DNA from: an uncultured Bacteroidales bacterium
Lineage (GTDB): Bacteria; Bacteroidota; Bacteroidia; Bacteroidales; CAIWKO01
Reading direction: 5' to 3'
Assembly: GCA_964599365.1 (NCBI GenBank)
Contig: CAZRFL010000007.1
Location: 12,909 to 76,908, forward strand
DNA length: 64,000 nt
The translations under genes and the position numbers were made by a program. The notes below the pieces were generated by a model. It saw nothing but the letters and a program-made list of their open reading frames with translations. It made no database searches and had not been told where the DNA came from. The number at the start of each line of letters is the position of its first letter. Within the stretch, counting starts at the first letter, position 1. Of this stretch, positions 1-11,819 are shown one piece after another.

Positions 1-1232
<1,232 letters not shown>

Positions 1233-1256
1233 TTAATATTTGTTATTTTTTTACTA

Positions 1257-1535
1257 TTAGATGACCATGTAAATATCGTCTTCTCTCATGATCAGATAGG
1301 TTTTGCCTTCGAGGACAACCTCTGTTCCGGAGTATTTTCCATACAATACAGTATCGCCAACTTTTACGGTCATAGGTTCATCTTTTTTACCTTTGCCAAC
1401 GGCAAGTACTTTACCTTTTTGTGGTTTTTCTTTAGCAGTGTCGGGAATAATGATTCCACCTGCTGTTTTTTCTTCGGCCGGAGCCGGTTCTACGAGAACT
1501 CTGTCTTTTGTGGGTGTTCCTAGATTTTTAGCCAT
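1257..1535 (-). CDS. groES: Co-chaperonin GroES
   Basis: 92 aa. Contains ...[36 protein letters not shown]...[14 protein letters not shown], the typical Cpn10 mobile loop and fold. Sits 36 nt upstream of groEL. Confidence 0.96.
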   Translation of the reverse strand: MAKNLGTPTKDRVLVEPAPAEEKTAGGIIIPDTAKEKPQKGKVLAVGKGKKDEPMTVKVGDTVLYGKYSGTEVVLEGKTYLIMREDDIYMVI

Positions 1536-1667
1536 ATCTTTATGATTTTTAATGTGATTATGAATATAAAAAAATTATAGTTTTTTAATCGCTTCTGCTT
1601 TGTCACAATTTATGCCAAAGGAAATTAATGGGATTTTGAAGGACAAAATTTCCGATTTAAAAGTATT

Positions 1668-1706
1668 TAAAAAAAAATGTCAGAATGAAAAGTGACATTC
1701 TGACAT
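1668..1706 (-). terminator. Rho-independent terminator downstream of secG
   Basis: Perfect 11-bp stem: atgtcagaatg (1677-1687) pairs with cattctgacat (1696-1706), with an 8-nt loop. On the minus strand the hairpin is followed by a 9-nt U run (A run at 1668-1676 on plus). It lies 22 nt after the secG stop. Confidence 0.8.
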
Positions 1707-1727
1707 TTTATTCAAAAATGCGATTAG

Positions 1728-2048
1728 TTATTTTTTGGGGACAGGAGCGAAATCAACCGGTTGGTTACCGTTATCCATTTGTTGTTTCAGTTCGCTGTCA
1801 ACACTACCTTTGGTTGTTGATCGGGGGATTACAAAAATTGAGGCCATACTTAATACTAAAAGTGCGATAGCCAGTATCCAGGTTGTTTTTTCCAAAAAAT
1901 CAGCAGTCTTTCTAACACCCATGAATTGATTGGATGAAGAGAAATTTGATGCCAATCCGCCGCCCTTTGAATTTTGAACCAAAACAACCAAAACCAATAA
2001 TATGCAAACAATAAAAATTAACACAGAAATTACAACGTATGCTCCCAT
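1728..2048 (-). CDS. secG: Preprotein translocase subunit SecG
   Basis: 106 aa with two TM segments. The motif LVQNSKGGGLASNFSSSNQFMGVRKTADFLEKTTW is typical of SecG. Confidence 0.88.
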   Translation of the reverse strand: MGAYVVISVLIFIVCILLVLVVLVQNSKGGGLASNFSSSNQFMGVRKTADFLEKTTWILAIALLVLSMASIFVIPRSTTKGSVDSELKQQMDNGNQPVDFAPVPKK

Positions 2049-2067
2049 TACTTTAATATTTAATTCT

Positions 2068-2979
2068 TTATTTTCTTAACTTAAATTCCAGATTTTCAAT
2101 TTGGGCTGCAAAGTAACTGCTTTTTCCCGGATATTCCAAAATTAATTTTTTGTATATTTTAATTGATTTTTCGTACAGTCCTTGTGAAATGTAGATTTTA
2201 GCCAAAGTTTCCGATACAATTTCCTCCTTATCCACACTACTATTTTCGGCCATATTCACCGGGCTGAAAAAGTCGCGCTTGGGATTGGACATCCTGGGTT
2301 CTTCTTTGATAAATTTATCGATCAGTGAAAAGTCCTTTTTGGGGGCTGGCAATTTAATTTCCGGTTCAACCTTTCTATCTTCAACCTGGGGATGGTAAAC
2401 TCCGTATGAGGAAACCGTTTTTGAAATTAGATTCAAAAGAAATGGCTCGGACTGCGGATATTCAATGGGGGTGGAAGTTAAATCAGTAATTTTTGGTTCA
2501 GCTTCAGATTCAATAAAATTTTGATTCTCTTCTATTGGTGAAGTAATTTCCTCGGGTATAACTGAGTCAACTTCCAAAACAACCTCTGAAGGTACCGATG
2601 TTTCTTCAATAATTTGTATCTTTTCTATTAATGGTTCCGGCTCTGGAATGGGTTGATCGGATATCTGAAGATTCGTTGCTTCTAAAGGTTCCGTAACCTG
2701 AACCAAAGTAGATTCAGTGACCGGTAACTCTTCTGCTGCCTGCTGTTTTTGTCCGTTAAGCAACCAGTACAAAACCGAGCGGTCATTTATATGAGCCGCC
2801 GAAGTCTTCAATTGCTCATACAACATGATATCATCAGAACTGCTGAGGTATGCCGAATAGAGCATATGGGCCGTCTGAAAATAAGGATACTGGTCAAGAA
2901 TGCTTTTTACATCGAGAGGGTTCAGATTCTTTATTTCAGATGGTTCGGCAATATACCTGATGAAATCCGGCCTGTTCAT
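2068..2979 (-). CDS. Hypothetical protein with an acidic E/P/S-rich central linker and a TPR-like C-terminus
   Basis: 303-aa ORF tightly packed between lptE and secG. The C-terminal AKIYISQGLYEKSIKIYKKLILEYPGKSSYFAAQIENL looks like a TPR helix pair. No specific family recognised. Confidence 0.5.
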   Translation of the reverse strand: MNRPDFIRYIAEPSEIKNLNPLDVKSILDQYPYFQTAHMLYSAYLSSSDDIMLYEQLKTSAAHINDRSVLYWLLNGQKQQAAEELPVTESTLVQVTEPLEATNLQISDQPIPEPEPLIEKIQIIEETSVPSEVVLEVDSVIPEEITSPIEENQNFIESEAEPKITDLTSTPIEYPQSEPFLLNLISKTVSSYGVYHPQVEDRKVEPEIKLPAPKKDFSLIDKFIKEEPRMSNPKRDFFSPVNMAENSSVDKEEIVSETLAKIYISQGLYEKSIKIYKKLILEYPGKSSYFAAQIENLEFKLRK

Positions 2980-2991
2980 AGTTTCAATTGC

Positions 2992-3501
2992 TTACCAGTT
3001 AACGGCTGTTTTATTGAAAACATCGTCTACCAGATAACCTATAATTTCATCCAAAATAGAGCCTTCAACCGAAGCCAAAGATTGTGAACTGGGATAGTCT
3101 GCATAGCGCGAAAATGAGGTTTCGTAATTTTGGCTCTCATTTTTTTTGTTCACAAATCTGATGTTTATTGTAACTGTCAACCGGTTCATGGCGGCGGTTT
3201 GATTCCCCTGAATGGCAATAGGAGCCGTTGCATAACCTGTAATTTCCCCTGAGATGTCAAAATCGCCCCCGCTGTTCACCTGGTTGAGATTGGTTTGCGA
3301 AGTAAATCTCTCCCTCATAGCATCAGTGAGTTGCTGGCTTAACGAAGGTTTCACCAGAGCAGAAGTGTTTTTAAGATAATGAACAGAAAAGGTCTTTATT
3401 TCAGGGGGTATAGAGGCACCGGTAAAGGAATAATTCACCTTGCACGAAGTGACAAAGAAGACAATTGCTGCGAAAAAGCAATATGTAAGAATTTTTCTCA
3501 A
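2992..3501 (-). CDS. lptE: LptE-family LPS-assembly lipoprotein (Bacteroidota type)
   Basis: 169 aa. Lipobox FVTSC, then KVNYSFTGASIPPEIKTFSV...PSLSQQLTDAMRERFTSQTNL...GDFDISGEITGY...AAMNRLTVTINIRF...FNKTAVNW. This matches the pattern I know for Bacteroidota LptE. Confidence 0.8.
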   Translation of the reverse strand: MRKILTYCFFAAIVFFVTSCKVNYSFTGASIPPEIKTFSVHYLKNTSALVKPSLSQQLTDAMRERFTSQTNLNQVNSGGDFDISGEITGYATAPIAIQGNQTAAMNRLTVTINIRFVNKKNESQNYETSFSRYADYPSSQSLASVEGSILDEIIGYLVDDVFNKTAVNW

Positions 3502-3561
3502 GGTAAATTTTTTACAAAATTAGGAAAATATTTTGCTGCAGGCAGTTCAAAATAATTATCC

Positions 3562-4983
3562 TTACATTTTCATAAGCGGATATGATTTCTTATAATAGAA
3601 GACGTAGTTGCAACCGAAATGAACATTTATGTTTTTCGTATGGTAAGGGATTATTGCCGCCAGGATGTTGTCTGTTGCCAAAAATATCTGGAAAGGACCA
3701 AACCTGACAGATGAACCCAGACCGAGATTCAGGAAGTCTCTGTTCATATAGGAATAGCTGACAGCCACATCGAGAATATTACCAAACGTTCTGTTGTACG
3801 CTAATGTGAAAGCAGGATGAATGGTGTTTTCATAAATGTCGGCGCGGAAAACGGCTGTGGCGCGGTCCTTTTTCGAAATATTATAGCTGCCGCTAATATA
3901 GATCTTGGGATTAAGAGGACTGGCATAGAGTTTATTTTCCTGTTCAATGGTAAATATCTTCCCGATTGAATCAACGAGATTACTTAGAATGTCTTCTATT
4001 TTAGCAGTATCGTTTCTTATCAGTTCGTTGATCTCAATGCCTCTGAATGTAAAACTCTTGTCGGTTGACCCATATTTGCGTGTTCCCTGTTTCCAGAAAA
4101 TATAACCGAAGTCGATCAGGCTGGCCGAAACCGACCATTTTTCATCTATTTTATAAGTAGCTCCCACATCAATGCCAAAGCCCGGATTGCTAAAATTAAG
4201 CATATAATTCTTGACATCGGCTGTCTCGAATTTCTCTGTATCTGATGTGTCACCAATGACATCATAAATTTTTTCCGGAGCGGCAGTATGAATGATAACA
4301 TTTGAGTTGGCTGTGAGATCAAAATAATCTTCATCTACTCCTAATGTAGCATCACTCGACTTGGTCCAGATATTTGACAAGCCGAAAAGCAATTTGAATC
4401 TTCCCCCTACGGTCCATTTATTGTCGATCTGATTGGTATATCCAATGGCAAATTCCCGATAATGGGTCATGTCTATTCCAATGCCGTCGAAGTTGGCTTC
4501 CGATCCTATGAATTGCGAATTGCCTAATCCCGCCATGGATATCAGATCTTTCGGATAGGTCAGACGAAACTTAAATTTTTCGGTGAAGGAGAAATTGATG
4601 TATTGGGTGCGCTTGATCTTAAAACCAAAAGAAATCCATTCTATCTGTTGGTTAAGTGTCAGGTAATTCTTTTTTGAGAGTTTTTTGATGGTGTTCTCAA
4701 AGTCAAAGATCAGGGAGTCTTTTTCTTTATCGTAACGCAACAGATTATCCCACCTGAAACCGCTGTTGGAGACGCTGGTATAATTTGAAGACAAAATGGG
4801 AATAAATACCACGGGCATGCAGCCAATGTGATATTTCGGAATTGGCATCAAACCGGGATTATCATAATATTGCTGAGGAACCGAATTGAGGGAATAAATG
4901 GTCATATCGTCCTGAGCAAAGCTTGTGAAAGATACCAGGCAAAGTGTAATTATCGTGAGACAGGAAAGTATTTTTCTTTTCAT
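3562..4983 (-). CDS. Putative outer-membrane beta-barrel protein (family uncertain)
   Basis: 473 aa. Signal peptide ...SFTSFAQ. Alternating hydrophobic beta-strand pattern, rich in aromatic/G/N/S residues. No motif I can name with certainty. Confidence 0.5.
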   Translation of the reverse strand: MKRKILSCLTIITLCLVSFTSFAQDDMTIYSLNSVPQQYYDNPGLMPIPKYHIGCMPVVFIPILSSNYTSVSNSGFRWDNLLRYDKEKDSLIFDFENTIKKLSKKNYLTLNQQIEWISFGFKIKRTQYINFSFTEKFKFRLTYPKDLISMAGLGNSQFIGSEANFDGIGIDMTHYREFAIGYTNQIDNKWTVGGRFKLLFGLSNIWTKSSDATLGVDEDYFDLTANSNVIIHTAAPEKIYDVIGDTSDTEKFETADVKNYMLNFSNPGFGIDVGATYKIDEKWSVSASLIDFGYIFWKQGTRKYGSTDKSFTFRGIEINELIRNDTAKIEDILSNLVDSIGKIFTIEQENKLYASPLNPKIYISGSYNISKKDRATAVFRADIYENTIHPAFTLAYNRTFGNILDVAVSYSYMNRDFLNLGLGSSVRFGPFQIFLATDNILAAIIPYHTKNINVHFGCNYVFYYKKSYPLMKM

Positions 4984-5003
4984 CTGAGTCTTGCTTTTAA
5001 AGG

Positions 5004-6623
5004 TTAATAATTTACTATGAATTTTACCCGTAAAGCAATCCTCACAAGAAGTGAGTAATCGGAATAGAATTTTACCAATTCAGTCCCGCTTTGAGAAGTA
5101 AGAAGTTTGGCTCGTATAAAGATCTTTTTACAATTTTTAAGTGGTACTACCCGGTCGTGTTCCAACCGGCTTTCCGTATGTTTTTGTACGGATTGTGTTA
5201 CCCTGTAATCGGGAGCTCCATTGCAGGGAGCAGCGGTCAAGGTTTGTTGTTCGGGAACTAACAAAGAGTCTATAGCCTGACCGGCATCATTTAGGAAATA
5301 CATCTGCTGTATGGCCTCTACCGGGAACCCATTCGTGGTGTTGATATTGAAAAGCATAAATTCTACCTTGTCCATATCCTGACCGAACTCGAGATCAATG
5401 GTATCGCCCAAGATAAAATTCCAGGCTTTGCCAAACATGGGAATCTCAATCTGAGCATCAACATTTAGTCGGCTGGTATCGAGGGCAAAGTTGTTGGATA
5501 CTCCGCCACCGGGATTAGATAAACCTGAAATGTCTGCAATAAACTTTTTAGGTGCCATGGCTATGGCGTCCCAAATAGTACTGTTGGTTTTATCCAGATC
5601 GAAATGAGTTTCCATAATCTGTCCTAAGCCGGATGCGGCACCAATATTCCATGGAGAAGGAATTCCTGTTCCTGTCAGAGCCACATTACTGGTTCCAACG
5701 GGGCCATCGGTGGCAAAAAAGCTGTTAAACGTAAGTTGCAACGGCATGCCAAAAGAGTTGTAAGCATACACATGGACCATGGGGTTTTCGAAATTGACAT
5801 TGCCTTCAATGGTTTTGTTGAATATACGGATACTAACCGTGTCGTTAGGAAGGTCGAGGAGTATTTGTTTGAAATCGCCAAGAATCTTAGAAAACTTGAT
5901 ACCCTGAAAATATTCGCCCAGACTGAAATTATAGGGTGAATTGTTTGCTCCTCCCGAGCCGTGAAGTGTTACCGTGTAGGTAATGGACAAACGATTTTGA
6001 TTGCCGCCCGTATTGTCGAATAAGATCTTATATCCATCGAGGCTGAACTGAGGAGAAACAGATGACCCCGAAAAATATTCAATATTTTGGTTGAAAGGAA
6101 CTCCACCCATAGTTGCTTGCGGGATACTAACATTGATGGTGGCATTATGATTAAGATTGGAAGAATAGACTACGAAATTGAACATGCCGTCTTTGGCATC
6201 CAGTTCGTCTATCACCGCATTGTTGGGCATGGTAAAAGAATAATTGATGGTATTAGGGGCAGCGGTCAGGTCGGTCCCGAAAGGCAGAGCACCGGTAACG
6301 CTGAAATTGAAAGAACTGTTGAGATTCTGGTTGGGAATGGCCAAAAGATCTTCTGCTTTTTGCGAAAGGATGTTCTTTGTATAAACCAGGTAGAGGAATC
6401 CGCTGCCATCTTCTACAAAAAGATTGTCGTGATCGTAATCATCCAGAATGTCTTTCAAGGTCATATTAGAATAGATCAACGGCACAGCTACATCCGGCGA
6501 CCAGGTTCCGCCCTGTTCAATGCGGTTCACATCGAAGCGGTCTTTATAACAGGAGGTCATGCCCGAAGCAAGCACGAGCAATAGCAGAATAGTTATGTAT
6601 CGATTGATAAATGTTGATTTCAT
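5004..6623 (-). CDS. Hypothetical lipoprotein
   Basis: 539 aa. Lipobox LASGMTSC. N/S/T/G-rich beta-type composition. Codirectional with and 20 nt from the downstream beta-barrel gene. Confidence 0.5.
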   Translation of the reverse strand: MKSTFINRYITILLLLVLASGMTSCYKDRFDVNRIEQGGTWSPDVAVPLIYSNMTLKDILDDYDHDNLFVEDGSGFLYLVYTKNILSQKAEDLLAIPNQNLNSSFNFSVTGALPFGTDLTAAPNTINYSFTMPNNAVIDELDAKDGMFNFVVYSSNLNHNATINVSIPQATMGGVPFNQNIEYFSGSSVSPQFSLDGYKILFDNTGGNQNRLSITYTVTLHGSGGANNSPYNFSLGEYFQGIKFSKILGDFKQILLDLPNDTVSIRIFNKTIEGNVNFENPMVHVYAYNSFGMPLQLTFNSFFATDGPVGTSNVALTGTGIPSPWNIGAASGLGQIMETHFDLDKTNSTIWDAIAMAPKKFIADISGLSNPGGGVSNNFALDTSRLNVDAQIEIPMFGKAWNFILGDTIDLEFGQDMDKVEFMLFNINTTNGFPVEAIQQMYFLNDAGQAIDSLLVPEQQTLTAAPCNGAPDYRVTQSVQKHTESRLEHDRVVPLKNCKKIFIRAKLLTSQSGTELVKFYSDYSLLVRIALRVKFIVNY

Positions 6624-6714
6624 AGGCTATCGTATTTTATTTCTTACAGAGCAAATATACTAATTATTTATGGGATAACACAAAACAGCAGGTTTTTTGA
6701 TTTTACGCAGAAGT

Positions 6715-9462
6715 TTACTCAACAATATAATTGAGCAATTTGGCGCTATCGGAGACGATGATGCTGTTCATTTTTTTGTTGAGCAAACTATTGATCTCAA
6801 TTTCTCGGTTACCTATGGTATAGGCATTGGTTTCCATGAAGCCCTGGTTATTCATCAGTATCAGACGCGATGCATTTTTATCAGGATAAATGATATAGAA
6901 TCTGGACGCACTCAATCGGAGATAAAAAGGTTTGTCGCCCGGTTCGTATTTGTTGAAACTTTCGAATATCTTTTTCTTGTTATGATTGTAAACAAATATC
7001 TTTCCTAGGTCGAAAAAGATGAAATCGTTGTGGCCGTCATTGTTGAAATCGCCGTAAACAAAATAATGCCCGTTGGTGAAAGAATTCATCTTCACTACAT
7101 CCACGGCTCCGTTGGGCGATATGAAAATGAGTTTTCCACTGCGTTCGGTGGTAAGGAGGTATTGTTTTTTACCATCGATGTGAATAAAAAAGCGACTGTT
7201 TTTGGCCTGCAGGAAAGGCTTTTTGTTTTTGAACACTTCATATCCTCTGCGATCGATGACATAAACACGACCATTTTTATCCGTAGCCAAAAGAAAATCC
7301 TTTTTAGCAAAGCGGGCATGTTCCACAGGTTTTAAGACCACTGCCAGAGTAGTGATATTGGTCCATCCTGCGGTGGGTTTTCCGTCGGGAGAATAGTTGT
7401 AGATCTTCTGATTCAGGCAGGGAACCAGAATACGATAGTTGCGGTTGTTGTCGTAATCGATAAGGCTGAGGCCGGCGGTTGCCGCAAAAGGAAGTTTGAT
7501 CTGCTTCTGTCCTGTGTTGGGATCTTTCAACCCCAGCATATGAATGTAGTTCCTCGAATTGAAAACCAGCAAAGCTTTGTTTCCGGGTTTTTGTTCCATC
7601 ACGAATATCTCGCTGACAGGAGTTTCGTCCAGGTGTTTTTTCCAGAGGAGTTCGCCGTTGTGATTCAACAGATACATGTTGTCTGCTATATCGAAGAAGA
7701 TCACTTTCTGTGTATGATCCACAGGGTCGGTAATAATATTGGCTTTGCGGACAATGGTGGTGTCGGCTTTAAACTCCCAGATGGCAGGATTCTCGTCGAT
7801 ATAAAACGAATTGTGTTTCAGATAGCCGTTCATGTAATACTTGCTTCCGCCCGAAGCAAACTGGAAGGCTACTGCCTGAAAATTGCGGAGGTCGCTTTCG
7901 CTTTTCCATAAAGAGCCTGAAATATCGCTGGCCAAATAGGAATTCATCAAGCCGAAACTTTTGCGGATGTTGGCATAGAAACAAAAATTGGCTTCGTCGG
8001 AAACATTGTCCGAAAAGCTTTTGTAGTTCTCGTTCTTGTCGAGGGTCTTGCCCGAGAGGTATCCCGAAAGGAATAGATCGAGCGAAGTAGGCGAACTTCC
8101 GAAGATCACATAATCGTTACTATGGGTGTAGCAAGCCGAATCGAGGGGGGCAAACAATTCGCCAAAGAAGTTGCGGAAAAACCTTTCGGGCAGAAATCTT
8201 TTTATGGCAAAGGAATCTTTTCCGCCTGCGATATTTTCATTGGTATTGGCCGAGATAGGGGCAATGCCTTCCAGGAATTCATCCATATCCTTGATTTTGA
8301 AAATGGCGTAATTGCGGTAGCGTGTTTCGGTATTGGGATTTTCGGTGATAACAAATCCTGCTTCTGTGGTCAGCTGGTTAAAGAAATTTTCTTCAATGTT
8401 GGTGTTTAAAACAGTATCGTAATACGAACAGATATCGCCGTAAGAGCGTTTATGGAAATTGGTTTTCAAAAAATCCGTGTAATCCGAAACGTATTTAGTG
8501 AAATCGCTGAGTCCCCAGAAAAACATCATAGCCGTATTGTCGGGGCAGACGGCGGTGAGCGATATCTGCTGAGGCTTCTGTTTGCTGTAAACCTTGTTGA
8601 AGAGCTGAATGGTATCATCCGAAAGGGCATATCCGTTGAGCAATAGTTCATCACTTTTTACCGTGAGGTCGAGTTCGGCCATATCGGCAGCCAGCGAAAC
8701 ATATTTCATCTCGGTCATGGTATTCCTGACAAAGAACGGCTGAAACAGATTGTCGATATAAGCCATGTCGAGGTAAATGTTGGCATCTACGTTTTTGCCC
8801 GACATGGACCTGAGCCTGGAAAAGGTATCCGTATTGTCAATGCTGACTCCGGTGATAAGTGCGCTGAGGGAACTTTCGATGATGGCAGGAACTTCGCCGG
8901 CTATAAATATACCCTGATAGACGGTATAACAGAAGGAAGGTTTGCCCGGAGTTTTGATGATGCAGATGCGGCTGTCGAGGAATTCGGACCAGGTGATGGA
9001 GCTGGCAGGCGAAATATTTTTACGTATAAAATCATTTACCAAACGGTCGTCGTGAGGGCCGGGAAGATTGATGGTGTAAAGCGGCTTGTAGAAACCCCTG
9101 ATGGGTATCCAGGCTATGTATAAAGGATTTATCAGCAGGTTGTCGGAAATGTTTTTTTCGGTTTTTATAAGTGAATCTGCCAAAGCAATTTTGTGATTCA
9201 TTTGGTTGAAAAAAGGAAGGCATTGCAACTCTTTCCAAATGGCATTGCGCCCATTGATGTGATCCCAGAAACCCTGAGGCGAATTGATCTTGACCAGACA
9301 AACGGCATTGGGAGGAATGGCATTTATGGCAGGAAGTATAGGATCGCTCAGCCGGCGCACTATGGTATAACCCCAAACCAAAAGCACTATGGCAGCTACC
9401 GCCGACACCGAATAAATGATGTATTTTTTTGTATTGGTCTGCCGTTGGTAGGGGTTTCGCAT
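6715..9462 (-). CDS. Large hypothetical membrane-anchored protein
   Basis: 915 aa with a single N-terminal TM (IIYSVSAVAAIVLLVWGYTIV). The C-terminal half has beta-propeller-like repeated segments (...DFNNDGHNDFIFF...). No enzymatic motif seen. Confidence 0.5.
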   Translation of the reverse strand: MRNPYQRQTNTKKYIIYSVSAVAAIVLLVWGYTIVRRLSDPILPAINAIPPNAVCLVKINSPQGFWDHINGRNAIWKELQCLPFFNQMNHKIALADSLIKTEKNISDNLLINPLYIAWIPIRGFYKPLYTINLPGPHDDRLVNDFIRKNISPASSITWSEFLDSRICIIKTPGKPSFCYTVYQGIFIAGEVPAIIESSLSALITGVSIDNTDTFSRLRSMSGKNVDANIYLDMAYIDNLFQPFFVRNTMTEMKYVSLAADMAELDLTVKSDELLLNGYALSDDTIQLFNKVYSKQKPQQISLTAVCPDNTAMMFFWGLSDFTKYVSDYTDFLKTNFHKRSYGDICSYYDTVLNTNIEENFFNQLTTEAGFVITENPNTETRYRNYAIFKIKDMDEFLEGIAPISANTNENIAGGKDSFAIKRFLPERFFRNFFGELFAPLDSACYTHSNDYVIFGSSPTSLDLFLSGYLSGKTLDKNENYKSFSDNVSDEANFCFYANIRKSFGLMNSYLASDISGSLWKSESDLRNFQAVAFQFASGGSKYYMNGYLKHNSFYIDENPAIWEFKADTTIVRKANIITDPVDHTQKVIFFDIADNMYLLNHNGELLWKKHLDETPVSEIFVMEQKPGNKALLVFNSRNYIHMLGLKDPNTGQKQIKLPFAATAGLSLIDYDNNRNYRILVPCLNQKIYNYSPDGKPTAGWTNITTLAVVLKPVEHARFAKKDFLLATDKNGRVYVIDRRGYEVFKNKKPFLQAKNSRFFIHIDGKKQYLLTTERSGKLIFISPNGAVDVVKMNSFTNGHYFVYGDFNNDGHNDFIFFDLGKIFVYNHNKKKIFESFNKYEPGDKPFYLRLSASRFYIIYPDKNASRLILMNNQGFMETNAYTIGNREIEINSLLNKKMNSIIVSDSAKLLNYIVE

Positions 9463-9540
9463 AAAAATTTAGTCAGTATAAAAGTATTACAAAACTGAAT
9501 TCTGTGGAAAAATTTTTACAGATTTAAATCAACAGGTTTG

Positions 9541-9780
9541 TGTTAATTGAAGAAGTTGGAAGTTGGAAGTCCGAAGTGAGGAAGGATATATGGATAAATG
9601 GATGAATGGGAAAATGGATGGACAGAATAGGAGGTTGGAAATCACAAAAGACAAAACTCAAATAAATTCGAAATTCAAAAAAAATAAAATCACAAACATG
9701 AGAAGCCAGGGTTTGATAAATTGAAATTTATAAAATTGGAGTTTATTTGTAATTTGTTTTTTTGTTTTTTGGAATTTCCT
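9541..9780. repeat. Low-complexity 'stutter' intergenic block: 7-bp and 8-bp micro-tandem repeats followed by an A-rich/T-rich imperfect inverted repeat
   Basis: gaagttg-type 7-mer x ~4.5 (9552-9585). atggatNa 8-mer x 4 (9590-9621). A-rich arm 9640-9697 is partly complementary to T-rich arm 9712-9775. Confidence 0.7.
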
Positions 9781-10375
9781 AAAACGGTATTTTCAACTGT
9801 TCGTTCAGCCTGAAACTTTTGCGGTGGTAAGGGGTAATTCCATGCCGGATGATGGCATCGCGGTGGTCGCGGGTGGGGTAGCCTTTGTTTCGGGACCAGT
9901 GGTACATGGGAAATTCTTCGTGCAGTTGCCGCATATAATCGTCGCGGTGGGTTTTGGCCAGCACGGAGGCAGCGGCTATGCTAAGGTATTTTCCGTCGCC
10001 TTTTACAAAACAAATATGCGGGATGCCGGGATAAGGTTTAAAACGGTTGCCGTCTATTAGCAATAGTTCAGGAGTGCTGCCCAGGATCCCCACGGCATGA
10101 TGCATGGCCAGGATAGAAGCATTCAAAATGTTGATTTCGTCTATCACATTATTATCCAAAGGAGCCACGGCCCAGGCCAGTGCTACCTGTTCTATTTCTA
10201 TGCGCAGTTTATCGCGTTGCTTCTCGTTGAGTTGTTTGGAGTCGTTTAGCACAGAGTTCTTATAATTCTTTGGCAAAATAACCGCCGCTGCAAACACCGG
10301 CCCCGCCAGGCAACCTCGTCCGGCTTCGTCGCAGCCGGCTTCTAAAGTGTTTCGTTTATGGTAGGATTTTAACAT
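9779..10375 (-). CDS. rnhB: Ribonuclease HII
   Basis: 198 aa. Contains GCDEAGRGCLAGPVFAAAV (the DEAGRG catalytic motif) and ...DSKQL...SIAAASVLAK. Confidence 0.93.
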   Translation of the reverse strand: MLKSYHKRNTLEAGCDEAGRGCLAGPVFAAAVILPKNYKNSVLNDSKQLNEKQRDKLRIEIEQVALAWAVAPLDNNVIDEINILNASILAMHHAVGILGSTPELLLIDGNRFKPYPGIPHICFVKGDGKYLSIAAASVLAKTHRDDYMRQLHEEFPMYHWSRNKGYPTRDHRDAIIRHGITPYHRKSFRLNEQLKIPF

Positions 10376-10497
10376 TTGGATTTGAAGAGTTTTACCACAG
10401 ATTTACACAGAGAAAAATACTGAATTACACGGAGAAAATCTGTCTGTATGCTTACTTCATTATTCAAAATTCATTACTTCTCCTATCCTAAGACTTC

Positions 10498-11796
10498 TTA
10501 AACCTTCTTCGGCGCCAAAAACTTATTGAAAAGCAACAATCCAATAATAGTCACCACACCAATCAAACTAAAGATAAACCAAAGGGCAGATGGGTTTTTC
10601 AGGGTGTCGACAAAGTACACATACAGATTGGCTCCCAAAACACCTCCAATGCCGCTGCCTATCACTCCGTAAAGGAAAGAATAGCCCAGGTAAAGGGCTT
10701 TTTTGTCAGGAGGAGCAATCAGCCCTACATAGGAAATAAATTTCGGATGTGCGGTCATTTCGCCGATGGAAAAGATGATCATACCGGCAATAAATATCCA
10801 GGCATTGGGCGAGATGGCTAAAATGGCCATGCCTATGGTTCCCATGGTAATCCCCACAATCATAGTGGGTAGTGCCTTGGTATTTTTCACAATGCTCGAA
10901 ACCAAAATCTGCAGCAGGATAATCGTTCCGGCATTGATAACGGTAACGTGTTCGGCCTCGAATTTCCATTGAGGATTATCCATAAACAAACCCAGGAAGC
11001 CATTAACGAAATTGTCGACAGGCGTCATGTCCATGTATTCGCTCAGATACCACAGCACCGTGTCGAACATCTGGAAATACAAAATCCAGAAACCGGAGTA
11101 GATCAAAATCATCACAATAAAACGCCAGTCTTTTATCACCAGTATCATTTCCTTGGCAATGGTAATAAGGCTTTTTGAGTTGGCAGGCCTGACAGGTTCC
11201 TTATAAACAAATAAATTGAGCAGCAGCAACGAACCTGTAACTACTGATGCCATGATGAATATATAGGACCATGAATAACTTTTCAGCCAGGGTATCAGTA
11301 TCAATGGGAATATAAAAGCTCCGAGGTTAATGGCCCAATAAAAAATTCCGAAACCGAGGGTAGAATTACTTTCGTTTGTCGAACGGGCAATGGTTCCCGA
11401 AATTATAGGTTTGAAGAATCCCGCACCGGTAACCATCAGCAGAAGACTGGCAAAAACCAAAGGATATTCAGTGAACTGACTCGTGAAGAAATACCCGGCA
11501 CTCATCACAATAAAAGCAAAGATCAATGTTTTTTTGTATCCGTAGCGGTCGGCCACGGCCCCCGATATAATGGGGAGTAAATATAAAAGGGGAGTAATAG
11601 TGCTTTTGATCACGCCTACGCTTTCTTTCGAAAATCCCAATCCTCCGTCTTTGGTGCTCAGCACCAGATAGACCGAGAGTACCGACATCACTCCGTAGTA
11701 TGAGCCGCGTTCGAAGAATTCCATGGTGATCACCGTCCAGAAATTGCGGGGAAAGCTTCTAAAGCCGGATCGTTTTACAGAGGTTTGTTCCATCAT
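10498..11796 (-). CDS. MFS transporter, POT/PTR2-like peptide permease
   Basis: 432 aa, ~12 TM. The N-terminal FWTVITMEFFERGSYYGV matches the PTR2 ExxERxxYYG signature. Confidence 0.75.
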   Translation of the reverse strand: MMEQTSVKRSGFRSFPRNFWTVITMEFFERGSYYGVMSVLSVYLVLSTKDGGLGFSKESVGVIKSTITPLLYLLPIISGAVADRYGYKKTLIFAFIVMSAGYFFTSQFTEYPLVFASLLLMVTGAGFFKPIISGTIARSTNESNSTLGFGIFYWAINLGAFIFPLILIPWLKSYSWSYIFIMASVVTGSLLLLNLFVYKEPVRPANSKSLITIAKEMILVIKDWRFIVMILIYSGFWILYFQMFDTVLWYLSEYMDMTPVDNFVNGFLGLFMDNPQWKFEAEHVTVINAGTIILLQILVSSIVKNTKALPTMIVGITMGTIGMAILAISPNAWIFIAGMIIFSIGEMTAHPKFISYVGLIAPPDKKALYLGYSFLYGVIGSGIGGVLGANLYVYFVDTLKNPSALWFIFSLIGVVTIIGLLLFNKFLAPKKV

Positions 11797-11819
11797 GAGA
11801 TTTTTAGGCTTACAAAATT

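Noticed and set aside
1536-1667. CIRCE/HrcA operator upstream of groES
   Set aside because: No ttagcactc-n9-gagtgctaa-like inverted repeat is present in the groES upstream region.
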